Below are positions 26,395 to 39,870 of a stretch of DNA of 64,000 bases, piece after piece. Under the pieces are notes generated by a model. That model was not told the origin of the DNA and made no database searches. It saw only the letters and a program-made list of their open reading frames with translations. Within the stretch, counting starts at the first letter, position 1. Each line of letters begins with the position of its first letter. This DNA comes from Eledone cirrhosa. Lineage: Eukaryota. Made by a program: the position numbers and the translations under genes. The DNA lies in the NCBI GenBank assembly GCA_964016885.1, contig OZ024742.1, positions 111,166,001 to 111,230,000 of the forward strand, in the 5' to 3' direction.

Positions 26395-29300
26395 GACGGT
26401 GGAGATCTTGGTCTGGCCTTCAATCCTGGTCTGAGATACATATAGCGTTTCCTATTAATATTTTTCCAAATTAATAAAACAATATAATAAAATGAAACAA
26501 AATAAAGTAAAATAAAATAAAATAAAATATAATTACCTAAAATAGAATAAAATAATATAAATATATACACATTGTTGTTTTCGCTAAATTTTTTCAGTTT
26601 TTGTCTTAGAGAGGTAAAGGAAAAATTAATAGAATTAATGGATTGAGAGCCAGACCAGGATATCCACCGTCTCCTATACCTCCAACTAGGCCACTAACAC
26701 AGCTATAGCACATCATAGAAAATTAATAATTATAAACATACTTTCAAAATAAAATAAAATTGAATTAATTGAATTAAATTAAATTAAATTGAAATAGATT
26801 AAAATAAAATAAAACAGAATAAATTAAAATAAAATAATTGTGTAAAAATAGATTAAATTAATATAATAAAACAAAATAATATAAATTAAATTTATTTATT
26901 ATAAATAATTAATAAAAAATAAAATAAAATATATATAAAGGAAAATTATATGAAAATAAATGAAAAATAAATAAAATAAAATAAAAATAAAATAAATGAA
27001 ATGAAATAAAATAAAATAAAAAAATTAAAATATAATGAAACATGAAATAAAATAATAGAAAATATACACACATTGTTGTTCTCACTAAACATTTTCATTT
27101 ATTTCTCGGGGAGGTAAAACAATTTGTTTCTAATTCTTCCCACTAGGCCACCGAGACAGCTACAACAAATCTGATGAAATATAATACTTATAAAAACAGT
27201 TACAAAATAATATAAATTTAAATTAATTAAATTAAATTATATTAATTAAAATATAATAAAATAAAATAATTATTAAAAAATAAATTAAATTAATTTAATA
27301 AAACAAAATAAAATTCAAATAATCATAAAAAATAAAATTAAAAAATAAGGTTAAATTAACCTAAATTAAGTTGAATTAAACTAATAATTAAAAATAAATA
27401 AAATAAAATAAAATAATTAATTAAAGAAATTGGATAAAATTAATGAAATCAAAAAGATTAGAATTAAATAAATTAAATTAAATTAAATAGAATAAAATAA
27501 AATAAATTAAATTAAATTGAATAGAATTAAATTAAATTAAATAGAATTAAATTAAATAGAATTAAATTAAATAGAATTAAATTAAATAGAATTAAATCAA
27601 ATTAAATAGAATTAGATAAATGAATAATGAAAAATAAAATAAAATAAAATAGTATAACATTTATACACGTTGCTGTTGTCCCTAACGTTTTCAGTTTCTT
27701 TCTACCAGCTTAAAAAAATGGAAAAAAGTACTAGAACAGGGAGCATAAATACCCCGACCAATATTGAAAGCCTGAGCAGGATGTTCTAATACCTACCACT
27801 TGGCCACTGAGGCAGCTACAAAATTATACAGAAAATTAATAATTATAAACATATTTCAAAATAAAATACAAATAAATTAATTAGATTAAACAAAATTAAA
27901 TTAAGATAAATTAAATTAAATTAAATTAACATAAAAAGGTAGAAATAAAATGTAATAAAACATAAATTATGTTTATTTAATAACATAAATTAATAAAATT
28001 AATTTAAATCCATAAATAAAATGTAATTAAATTAAATTAAATTAAAATAAATAATAATAAAATAAAATAAAATAAAAACTATTTATGTTATTTTATTATA
28101 ATTTAATTTAATTTATTTACATATATTTTTAATGTGTTTATAATTATTAATTTTCTGTAGATTCTTGAATCTGATTCCGTGTCCATGTGGGATATCCCGG
28201 TGGATATCCCGATCAAGCGTTCAAACGTAGTAGGGGGATACAGGTAAACATTTACATCTGTTCGGATAAAACTGCAATGGTTTAGGGTGATCAAAGTATT
28301 TACAAATTCTATACTATTTTCTTTTATTTTATTTTTTAATTATTAAAATAAATTTAATTTGATTTAATTAATTTGATTTAATTCCTTCAAATAATTATTT
28401 TATTTTATTCTATTTTATATCATTTTATTTTAACGCATTTAAATTATTTTCATTTATTTTATCTTATAAAAATAATTTAATTATTTATTAATTATTTTTT
28501 ATTTCATTTTCATTTTGTTAATAATATTTTATTTTATTTTATTTTAATTTAATTCAATTCATGTTATTTTAATTTAGTTTAATTTAATTTAACTTAATTT
28601 TTTATTGTTTATTTTATCGTATTTGATTTCAATTTAATTTAATTTAATTTAATTTAATTTAATTTAATATATTTTATTTTATTTTAATTCTTTTTATTTC
28701 ATTTTATTTATTTTATTTTATTTTAATTTCATGTAATTTAATTTTTTTTTACATCTCTTAGAAATATGAAACATTTTAGTGCGAACAACCAATATCGATT
28801 TATTTTATTTCATTTTATGTTATTTCATTTTTTAATTTAATTTAATTTAATTTTGATTTAATTTAATTTAATATAATTGGATTTCACTTTAAATTATTTA
28901 TTTTATTTTATTTCATTTAAATTTAACTTCTTTTATTTTATTTCTTTTTATCTTATTTTAATTACTTTATTTCATAATTTAATTTAATTTGAATATTTAT
29001 TTTATTTCATTTCATTTTATCTCTGGGTATTAAAATTCTTTATATTCTAATTTTATTTTATTTTATATATTTTTTGATCATTTATTTTTCATTTTTTAAA
29101 TTTTATTTTATTTTATTTTATTTCACTTTATTTAATTTATTTTATTTTATCTTTTGTTTCATTATATTTTATTTATTTCATTTTTTGTTATTTTATCTTA
29201 ATTCAATATAATTTAATTCAATTAATTCAATTTTATTTTATTTTGAAAGTATGTTTATAATTATTAATTTTCTGTAACGCGTTATAGCTGTGTCAGTGGC

Positions 29301-31000
29301 CTAGTGGTAAGTATTAGAGACTGTGGTCGTCCTGGTGTGGCATTCAATCCCTGTCGGAGTCACATGTACCGTTTCATATTAATGGCTTTCAATTTTCCTT
29401 TTACATCTCACATTTTAATTAAATCTTTAATATTTGATAATATTTAATTTAATTTATTTTATTTAATTTGATTTAATTCAATTTCTTTTTAATAATCAAC
29501 TTAATTTAATTTAATTTAAATCATTTTAAATTGATTTATTGCAATTTATTTTATTTTATTTTATTTTATTTTATTTTACTTTATTTTATTTTTGTTATTT
29601 TATTTTTAAAGTGCATTTATAGATATTTGTTTTGTTTAGAATTTGGTTGCTGTCTCAGTAGGCTAGACAGAGATTTTATAGACGGCCGATACAAGTAGCG
29701 TTTCCTGTTAATATCTTTCGAAATTGCTTTTACATCTCTTATAAAAAAACTGAAAAATTTTAGTGAGAACAACAATATCGATATATTGAATATTTTTTGT
29801 TTGTTTTTTTTCATTTTATTCTACTTTTTTTCATTTATTTCATTTTATTTTTGTTATCTTAATTTCTTTAATTAATTTAATTTAACTTTTTAGATTAATT
29901 TAATTTGATTTTTAAAAAATTAATTTAATTTAATTTTAAAAAAAATATTTTGATTTAATTTTTAAAAATTAATTTTATTTATTTAAAAAAAAATAATTTC
30001 ATTTATCTTTTAAAAATTTATTTGATTTAATTTAATATTTTTAAATAATTATTTTACTATTTATTTTATTTTATTCTAATTGTATTTTATTTAATTAATT
30101 TAATTATATATTATTTTGTAAATATGTTTATAAGTATTAATTTAATTTAATTTATTTTATGTTATATTGTATTATTTTGACATTGTTTCATTTCTTGATG
30201 TTTCATTTCTTAATGTTATTTTATTTCCTTCTATTTTAATTTTATTTGATTCAAATTAATTAAATCAATTTTATTTCATTTTAAATGTAGGTTCATAAGT
30301 ATTAATTTTCAATAGAATTTTGTAGTTGTTTCAGTGGCATAGAGGGGTGTATTAGAGACAGGGCAGATGCAGGTTTGCCGTTTAATCCTGGTCGGAGATG
30401 TAACGTTGCGTATTTCTATTTTCCTGTTACATTCTTTAGAAAAAACCTGTAAATTTTAGTGAGAACAACATTGTGTTTATATTTTATTTTAAGTTTGTTT
30501 TATCTTATTTTATTTTATTTTAATTTAATTTATTTAAATTAATTAATTTTATTTTATTTCACTTTGAAAGTAGTTTTATATATACCAATTTTCAGTTGGA
30601 CTTCTGACCTGACACAGTGGCCTAGTTGGGTTTATTAAAGCGCTTGGAGATCTTGGTCTGCCGTTCAATCAAGATTGGGAGAAATATGTAGCGTGTCTAA
30701 TCTTTTTCAATTTTCCTTTTACATCTCTTAGAAAAACTGAAAACGTTTTGTGTACTTATATTATTGTATTTCATTTTATTTTTTTAATTTAATTTAATTT
30801 TTTTAAAGTAGGTTTATAAGTATTAGAGACGGTGGAGATCCTGGTCGAGAGAAACACATAGAACGTCCTATTAATATTTTCTAATTTTCCTTTTACATAT
30901 CCTAGAATATAAACTGAAAATGTTTAGTGAGAACAACAATGTGCATATATTTTACTTTATTTTATTTTAATTTACATTTATTTATTTTATATATTTTATT
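26395..31000. repeat. Very AT-rich diverged array of tRNA-like core units with (AAAAT/AAATT)n spacers, arranged as a large imperfect inverted repeat
   Basis: Core CTAGGCCAC-like at 26686, 27143 and 27801; reverse complement AGTGGCCTAG-like at 29295, 29657, 30333 and 30616; A-rich left arm switches to T-rich right arm near 28080. Confidence 0.75.
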
Positions 31001-32227
31001 TGTGGCCTTTAAAGGCTACTAATGACTTGTATGTTTGGTTCTATAAAATGAATAGGAATTCACATCTTCCATCATTCACATCTTCAGACTGATCCGGACC
31101 TTCATTATATATTTTCGAATACCTTGTACGTCCTGACGTACTCGGGAATTTTCTGCCACGTGTACCAAATGTTAATTTGGCTGCAATGAATTGGGATATT
31201 GAACCTGTAGCATTTTTGTATGCTTACATATTTGACGTGTATATTCAAACTTTGACAGGCATATTTGTCCACATATATTGCATAGAAACCTAGACACATG
31301 GTTTTCCCGTGCTGGTCTTTCTTAGCTGCAAGCCTAATGCTAGCCCATTCCGTAGACTATTCCAGAAATAATATTACACCAGTAGATATTTGTTTCTATC
31401 TCATGACAGCGAGTTGGGTCAATTTGTAGTGTGTTAAGGAATCTTTCACAAAATCCTTGAATCGCAGATTCAGTTTGTATTGTAGTCTTGCGCCAGACCT
31501 TCCAGGTCTCACAGCAATCCTAGAGAAAAAAAAAGAACACTTGCACTGTATCCTGAAGTTTTTGTCTTTTATCTAATTCCCTTCCGGCTAAAAAGACTTA
31601 CGAAAGTCCCAGCGGCCTTTCGAGATATAGGAGAATATTTCATCATCTAATGTGCAATAATAGATAGTTAATTGTACTTTTAGGTATGGAAACGTATGAA
31701 CTACTTCGAACTTTTGGCCATCTACGTGGTTCTATATAAGGATATACCGGTGCTGTGTGAAACAGTACTAGTCTTATCGCAGTTAATGATTAATTTAAAG
31801 ACTTTACATGAGCGAGATTATTAAAGTTTGCATATTTGTGAGTTAAACGGTAACTAGATCATAATCATCAACGTAAAGATGATAACGACGAGTGTTTGGA
31901 GGACTTCAGGTTTTGCATCAAAGCGCCTGTCGTTGAAAAGCTTTCTGAAGGAGCGATATCGGATGAATTTTCATTAATTACAGACCCTAAAGACGTCAAA
32001 GACTATTACGAAGAAAACGATTAAGATAAAAATAGGATTAACAAGATTATCCTGCTTAATCATTATCCCATGAATTAAGATTACTATGTTCATATAAATG
32101 TATCCATCCATCAATCCTTGGGCCTCCATTGGGAGTTCTGCTTTGTTGTAGTTATTATTGTTTTTCTTGTTCGAGGATCCATGATTAAACAGATAAGTAT
32201 AATTTGATAGTAAGACAGAAACACAGA

Positions 32228-33800
32228 TAGATATGTTTCTTTATTAGCCACAGGGTCACAAAAGAAGGGCACAAATACAAAGGGGGAAGTTTACATAAAA
32301 TAAAAACGTGTAAAATATTATCACAAATGCAATTGAAAAGGTAATCGATTTTCCCCAATAGGGGGAGACATTTCATATGGGTAACACATACCCCCGAAAA
32401 AATGTGCAACCCTCATCTCCAGGAGTACGAAGAGTTTGTACCCATTTCCACTCTTCCTCCTTTTCCTCAACCTACAGGCTGATATAGAGAGAAGGCCCAT
32501 TCACTCGGGCCATTCTCGCCACTTTCACCCACCTTTCATAAAACTTGCTAGGGTACAGGACCTCTCTCTCCATCCTGATTCTTCTTCCAAAGTGGTATTT
32601 GAAAAAAAGAATCAGTTGTTGTCCGGAGAGAAAGGTGTCTGACCTCAGCCCTTTTCACCTCGTCCACCATACAACCTCTTTCGCCATAGCTATTACAAAA
32701 GAGAAAACCGCCTCTCCTTCGTTTTTGAAGAAGGGTGGCGGTTTGATCATGACAATGGACTCGGTGGTCAACAAGATTGGTCCCACTCGCGACAATATTT
32801 GTTCTACATAGCCTCACAGGTCGGTAACGACCGGGCAGTGCATGAATGCGGGCGCGACGGTTTCTTCATCTCGCACGCATCTCGGACAGATCTTTTTCGA
32901 AAGGTCCATGCCCGGCAGACCATGTCTGTAGAGCTTGTCTCGAACTGGTAGAACTCCTCGGTAGCACCGCCAGGCTAGGAACCTGCTGCAGATCAACCCT
33001 CTATAGAATGACGAAGTGGAGTCTCCACTGATCGCCGGGTCCGCCTGCCAGAGGGCTGTGAGTGCCTGAGCACATTCGATGTGCCAGTCGCCCATTTTCC
33101 TCGGTCTTTGCTTGACCCAGAACTGCAGCTCGGTCAGCGAGACGAGTCGTGGGAAGGCTCACCTCACGAACAGGGCCCACACCGGTTGTCCGGTGAGAAA
33201 TACGTAGAGATGTAGCAGCCTGAGTGCATGTTTGCGCATCGTCAGCGAGGGCATCTCCAGACCTCCGTTGGAAGGGTGTTGGCAGCAGATGGATCTTCTG
33301 ACCAAAGGAGCCCGCTTCTTTCAAAGGAATTGGAAGAGTGCACGCTCCATTTTGGTGAGCGTTTTGGCTGTTTGCACTCGGCCCACTTCTGGGTGATTGC
33401 AAACACCTTGGCCGTCACCTCATTCCAGTTCTTCTCCACCTGGAGGTCCGGACCAAACCAGACCCCGAGCAGCTTTACCAGTCCTTCCGTCCAGCGTCCG
33501 ACGACGCCATCGGAAGGCATCGGTTTGCCTCTCCACGATCCGAGTTGCAAACCGATGGACTTGTCCCGGTTCAGCTTCGCTCCTGTGAACCTTTCGTATT
33601 CCTTCAGTAAGGTGCCAACTTCCTCGATTTGCGAGGTGCTCGGCACTATTACTGTAATGTCATCGGCGTAGGCCGACGCCGCTTTCCGCAGTCCCGGTTC
33701 CAGAAGGATGCCCTGCAATAGCTCCAACTTTCGCAGTAGTGGATCGAGAGTCAGTACGTACAGAAGAGAGGAGAGAGGGCATCCCTGTCGAATGATATGG
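32228..33800 (-). mobile_element. Tx1-like LINE, 5'-truncated
   Basis: RQGCPLSSLLY, AYADDITV, LLGVWF, CPRC...ETV...HCP; 3' end AATAAA followed by a TATCTATC remnant. Confidence 0.9.
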
Positions 33801-33860
33801 GACATGTGGGTAGGTACATAGACAGATATAAAGTTATATACTCTCGGGTCCCCCAAATAG

Positions 33861-33908
<48 letters not shown>

Positions 33909-34605
33909 AGCGGGGATTGGAAAATCAATAACTTTTCTATGTTGTCTTCCTTGATTAAATCAAGAATTAAAATGTTTAGTTTACATATTGAGAAACCCAC
34001 CCATCCTATATATTTTATAATGCATTAGATTTCTTGTAGTGCTTTTTTTTGTCATGCATAATGTTTGTTTTAATGTCCAAAGAAAATTGATTGTGGCAGA
34101 AACGCTACCACTTAAAAGATAATTCGCTGGGGAGAGATTAGCAAAATTTAACCTTAAAAGACACCACACCAAAAATTGCCCTGAATGACTCTGTCACACC
34201 CATTCTCACTCTGTCTAACATTCCCACAAATACTCCACCACCACACAACATACCTACAATGATAACACCTCAGACACGGGAACCTCTACATCATACCTAC
34301 AATGATAACACATCAGACACGGGAACCTCTACATCTCCAAGTGAGAATGAAGAGGAACCCCAAAAATCCAAGAAGCAAAATAGACAGAAAAAATACAAAA
34401 ACAAAAACATCAACAGAAAACTCGTACACACCCAACACTGACATAGATACTGCTTAATAAAGTTGAGATAATGTCAATTGTTTTTCATGATATTGTGAGA
34501 TTTCGCTAATCAATGGTTTAAATGTGCTTCATATATTTAATAGGAAACTATTTCTGCTGCTGACCACTGTACATTCTATCATCAATGTATATGAAAGATA
34601 TATAC

Positions 34606-34683
<78 letters not shown>

Positions 34684-34686
<3 letters not shown>

Positions 34687-35442
34687 AAAATTAGTGAGAA
34701 TCGAATTTCAGCCCATGATATAACGAGAAAACACTTTCAAATTGTGAGGCAAGCGCTCAATAATTCAAATGAATTAGAGCTTACAACTTACGTTAAAGGC
34801 CAAACACACTGAGATGGTGGTTAAACTAATCATCCACACAGCGAAGATTCGATCTCCTATTTCGGGTCAAACAGATATTTAGATATAAAAATATATGAAA
34901 ATATACCTGTTTGATACTCACCCGCACCCCTGGGATGATGGTAAAGTCCAGTGTTGGTGTTTCTGCGGCTCCATAAGTCATTTACTGTCCACTTACATAA
35001 AGGATGTTAAGTTTCTCGTATCCTGACTGAACTAGGAGTACGCGTTATCAACGAGATTCAGTTCGAAAGTCTACATAGATGTGTCTGTAACTGACCCCAC
35101 GTGGGGTTCAGCAAGGGAGGCAACACCTAAATTAGGCGATTGAATTCATCTGTGTATAATATTGTGAAAATGCAAAATATCACAACACGAATGAAGCTCT
35201 CGACAGAGTGGTTAAATATAACACAGCTATTCGGCAGTCAATAGAGTAGACCAAAACCAGTCAATAAAATTAATTGGCCAATAGCTAGACTCCGGAGATT
35301 AATACAAGTAAAAATTAGCGAGAATCGAATTTCAGCCCATGAAATAACGAGAAAACACTTTCGAATTGTGAGGCAAGCGCTCAATAATTCAAATGAATTA
35401 GAGCTTACAACTTACGTTAAAGGCCAAACACACTGAGAAGGT

Positions 35443-35445
<3 letters not shown>
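34684..35445 (-). mobile_element. 762-bp non-coding element with 138-bp terminal direct repeats (retrozyme-like)
   Basis: 34684-34821 matches 35308-35445 with 4 substitutions (period 624); (TA)n on both sides; hairpin-rich interior with hammerhead-like motifs. Confidence 0.8.
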
Positions 35446-35511
<66 letters not shown>

Positions 35512-36728
35512 GTAAGTAGGATGGTATCAAACTACTGTAGCGGTTGTCTCCCTTGTTTTGATTGGGATCTAGACGGGAGGTGGAACCCTTTCTGCAACTT
35601 CCGGTCAGAGCCCTATAAAACTAACAACTTTAAGCTTCCTTTCTCTCTTTGCGTTTTCGGCACCAGGTCAAGAGCCTCTCATTGGGCTCCGCCATTAATT
35701 TGGCCAACAGGCGCCTGGCCTTAGCCAGGCGTCCTCTGCCAGCCGCGTTTGCCTGGCAATCAAAACGGTAACTACTAACTTTGTTTCATTCTAACATCTA
35801 TCTTTGACATGTCAACTATTCTATCTACCATTGTTAATTAAATATTATACACACAAACCATGTATTCCTTGTTACATTCATACAACCCAGTATCCTTCCT
35901 ACACTACCATTTCCCTTCAGCTCAAAATATTTGGCATATGTTACTTGAAATTTCTTACAAAAATAAATATCTACATATATATAGATATATGAAACATCTC
36001 CACATGTGTGTATCTGTGTGAGTGTAATTATGATTGTGTATATGACATTGCTCATTCATAGACATGAGGCCGATATTTAAATCCATATTTCAATAACTCA
36101 AACGCATGCAGCTATGCATTTCCAACGTTGGGTTAAATAAAAGGAAAATAATTAATCATATCGACGACATATTTCGTTTTAAACTTGCAGCTTCGACTCA
36201 TTAACTGATTTCACATACAGCATTTTCAATGCATGAATGCCTTATTTCAGCTAGAAATACAAATACGCCACAAGGGTGCAATTTAAAGAATCTCCGCTAT
36301 TTTTGTTTGTATTCAGTAGTAGTAGCATGTACACACGTGTATACGTAGTTAAATGTTCAGTGTATGTACAAACACACACACATGTACACCCCCACACACA
36401 TATATATGTATGTATAAAGCTTCAATCCATATATTATAAATGCGCTAAATATTTATTTTTTAGCCTCGTAAATATTCATGAGATAAATCATTTACACTTT
36501 TCTGTCACGCTGTTATATAAATCTAGATCAACCCACCTCAAACTTTTTCGTTACATTACCACCCGCTTCTCATTCTATTCATCTATTTCTCTCTCTATCT
36601 CTTATTCTTATTCCTCATTCTATCGGTCTTTCTCTCTTTCTCCAACCTTCTCTCCGTTTTACATATATGTATAACCTCATTATTTCCCTCTCTCTCTTTC
36701 TCTCTCTCTCTCTTTCTGTCTCTCTCTC

Positions 36729-36776
<48 letters not shown>

Positions 36777-36819
36777 AAATAACCCAAAGAACGCTTACAT
36801 ACTCAAACAGTTTTTAATT

Positions 36820-36864
36820 GCTTACAATGTTTCATCCATACCGTTGGGTAGGAATCTTCAGAGC
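36820..36864 (-). ncRNA. Minimal type I hammerhead ribozyme in a PLE-type 3' end starting at ~36774
   Basis: gct-CTGAAGA-t-tcctacc-caac-ggtatgga-t-GAAA-catt-GTA-agc; quasi-palindromic ACATTGT. Confidence 0.8.
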
Positions 36865-38089
36865 TTAATAAACACAGTGCTGAGTATAAGCTCTACCAAG
36901 CTTAGTCACACGAACAATCGGAATGCAATAGAGGGTAAAGATAGGGAGATCGGAGATGGTGAATAAGGAGAGAGTACATGCGGGGGTTGTTAAGCACCAC
37001 AGCTAAATGCTAGGGCACAAGCAGATCTCACAAGGTGCAGATGCAATTGATGGCACACAAAATCAAAAAATATAAACAATGGTTAAAACATAATAAAAAA
37101 GTAAAAGGAAGATAATATAAAGAGATAAAAATCGAATTAAAATGTAAAAGATTTTTTTAAAAGGAAAGAAGTGAAAAAAGAAAGAAGAAACAAGAAAAAA
37201 AGAAAGAGTTTTAAGCACATAAAAAAGCCAGAGGAATTTAAGCGCTGGTCCCTATATAAGTGAATAGGATCTCAGTAACTTATAGTTATATAAGCACTAA
37301 TATGTTCTTGAGGTACATCCAGAAAGACCATAGTAATTAAAACCTCGCCATGATATACATATACAAGGTATACTGGTAGGTACTTGAATTAGGTAGTCCA
37401 AGGGTGTTCCGCAAGCATATATACAGGCAACACATAAATGCAAGCCATACACAAGCGAAGTGGGGTTATTACATGATAGAGCAGAGTATAACAAGTATAT
37501 AGACAGGCACCACATATAAAGCAAGCTATACATATACACAAGCAAAGCGGGGTTACTATAAGATAGAGTTGCAGCAATAGCCCCACAATATTATTTCAGT
37601 TACTGTAAAACCATCTAGCAAAGAGTTACTACACATGTATATTAACCGTATAGGCTAGACCAATCGGCCACATATGTCCCGATTGTCTAGGGGGTTATAT
37701 AGAAATAGGATTGTCATTAGATAACCAATCAGTCTAAATTATATAACATATGTAGATCGTTCAAAATTAAAAAAATAGTTGGATTTATACTCAAACATAA
37801 CATCACATTTAGTAACAAGATTTAGATGCTGGATATATACATTAAAAAAACCCATATGTTTAAGATCCCAGTTCGTGTAGCATAATGTGTTCAAGTTTGA
37901 GATCCAGATTTTATATAACCAACGTCTCCACACACAATCCAGTCAGGAAACACGTCAAAAACAATTCCTGGTAAAAGCAGCAGCAATCCGGACAGCACGT
38001 GGATAAACGATCCCGTATTTATAAATCTGACACTAAATAACATGTTACCTCGTTCATTGCCGCTAAAGGTCCTTAGATGTGATGTTATG

Positions 38090-39245
38090 CTGAGATAGAG
38101 GGCGGGCTAAGCCAATGCGGCAAACGCAAATCTGCAGGTCTCGACGGTCTACCCTACGAAATTTACGTAGCAATGCCGGACTTGTTCCCCGATATCCTGG
38201 AAGCGGTCTACTGCAACTGGCAGCAGAATGGGAGAATGCCCAGTTCTGTGACCAGGGACATAGTCACACTAGTCAGGAAGGACGAGAATAAGGGGGATGA
38301 AATAGGCAACTTCCGGCTCATAACTCTGCTAAACACAGAGTTACAGATTTTGGCCAAGGTGTTTGCAAAGAGGCTGGCGCTTGTCGTTGAAAACCTGGTG
38401 GGAGAAGCGCAGACATGCGCAATCCCGACCAGGTCCATACACGACAAACTCCACCTCATGCGATACATCATAGAGAGGGTAAGTGTAAACCCGGTTTCGG
38501 TGGGGCTCTGATCAACTTGGATCAGTCTAAGGATTTCGATGGGGTTGACTATCGTTACCTGGATGCGGTGCCCGGGGCGGCAGGCTTCGGACCCGTGTTC
38601 AAGGGCTGGATTGCTCCAATGAACAACAGCAACATCTACTATAGTGTCAAGGTGAACGGCTACCTCTCGTAGCCCTTCTATATCACGCGATCCACCCTAC
38701 AGGGATGCCCTCTCTCCTCCCTTCTGTATGTGCTGGCTCTCGAGCCACTACTGCGGAAGTTGGAGCTATTGCAGGGCATCCTTCAAGAGCCGGGAGTGCA
38801 GAAAGCGGCGTCGGCCTACGCCAACGACATGACAGTAATGGTGTCGGGCACCTCGCAAATCGAGGAAGTCGGCACCTTATTGAAGGAATACGAAAGGTTC
38901 ACAGGAGCGAAGCTGAACTGGGACGAGTCTGTCGGTTTGCAACTCGGATCGTGGAGAGGCAAACCGATGCCTTCTGATGGCGTCGTCGGACCTGGGACGG
39001 AAGGAACGGTAAAGCTGCTCGGGGTCTGGTTTGGTCCGGACCTCCAGGTGGAGAAACACTGGAACGAGGTGACGGCCAAAGTGTTTGCACTCACCCAGAA
39101 GTGGGCCCAGTGCAAACTATCCTTGAGGGTCGAGCAGAGGTGGTGAACACTTTCATAGCGTCTGTCATCTACTACCGATTGACCGTCGTGCCTTGTCCAG
39201 CCAAAACGCTCACTAAAACGGAGCGCGCGCTCTTCCAATTCCTTA
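38090..39245 (+). mobile_element. Tx1-like LINE RT fragment
   Basis: GLDGLPYE, NFRLITLLN, QGCPLS, AYANDMT, LLGVWF; interrupted at 39245. Confidence 0.9.
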
Positions 39246-39762
39246 TTGCGAGTTAGTTAAAAGAAAACGAGCTCCACATAAACCAAAAAGAGGTATAAGG
39301 ATTCGTTGAAAGCCTCTTTGAAAGGCGCTAACATCTCTGCTGATACATTGGAAAAAGTTGCTGCTGATCGTAATAAATGGAGAAAGACTATATATGAAGG
39401 GAAAGTTGCCTTTGAGGCATCTGGAATCGCATACGAGAAAGTAAAGAGGGATGTGAGGAAGGGCATTGCTGTTGCATTTCCAAACAGCATTGGTCCTCCT
39501 TTGGCGCTGACATCATCTTCGCAGTCATAAAGTGAGACCAGTGGTTGACTACCAGGCTGCTGTTGGAGATGCTACTCATCAGGCCTGCCAAGCATGTGGT
39601 AGAGAGTGTAAATCAGCAGGAGCGCTCAAACGACATGCAAAAGTATATGAACTCCAACCACAGCCGGGTATTTCCAGTGAATATTTTGGTTGCCAACTCA
39701 GTGCAAGGAATTTTAGATCGTTGGCTGGGCTAAAAAGCCGCATTCGATCGCAGAACTGTTAA
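39246..39762 (+). mobile_element. RTE-like LINE 3' fragment with C2H2-like motifs
   Basis: KRYKDSLKASLK...AADRNKWR; CQACGREC..AGALKRH; FRSLAGLKS. Confidence 0.65.
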
Positions 39763-39821
39763 TTGTTATTGTGTGTGTGAGTGTGTGTATCTGCATATGT
39801 ATATCTAGATATATATATATA

Positions 39822-39854
<33 letters not shown>

Positions 39855-39870
39855 TATTATTATTATTATT

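Noticed and set aside
26395-31000. Repeat-spacer pattern superficially like a CRISPR array
   Set aside because: Eukaryotic context, long diverged units, low-complexity spacers and no cas genes
34249-34336. 43-bp tandem duplication; similar small duplications at 37410-37570 and 45015-45048
   Set aside because: Ordinary local duplications inside decayed repeats
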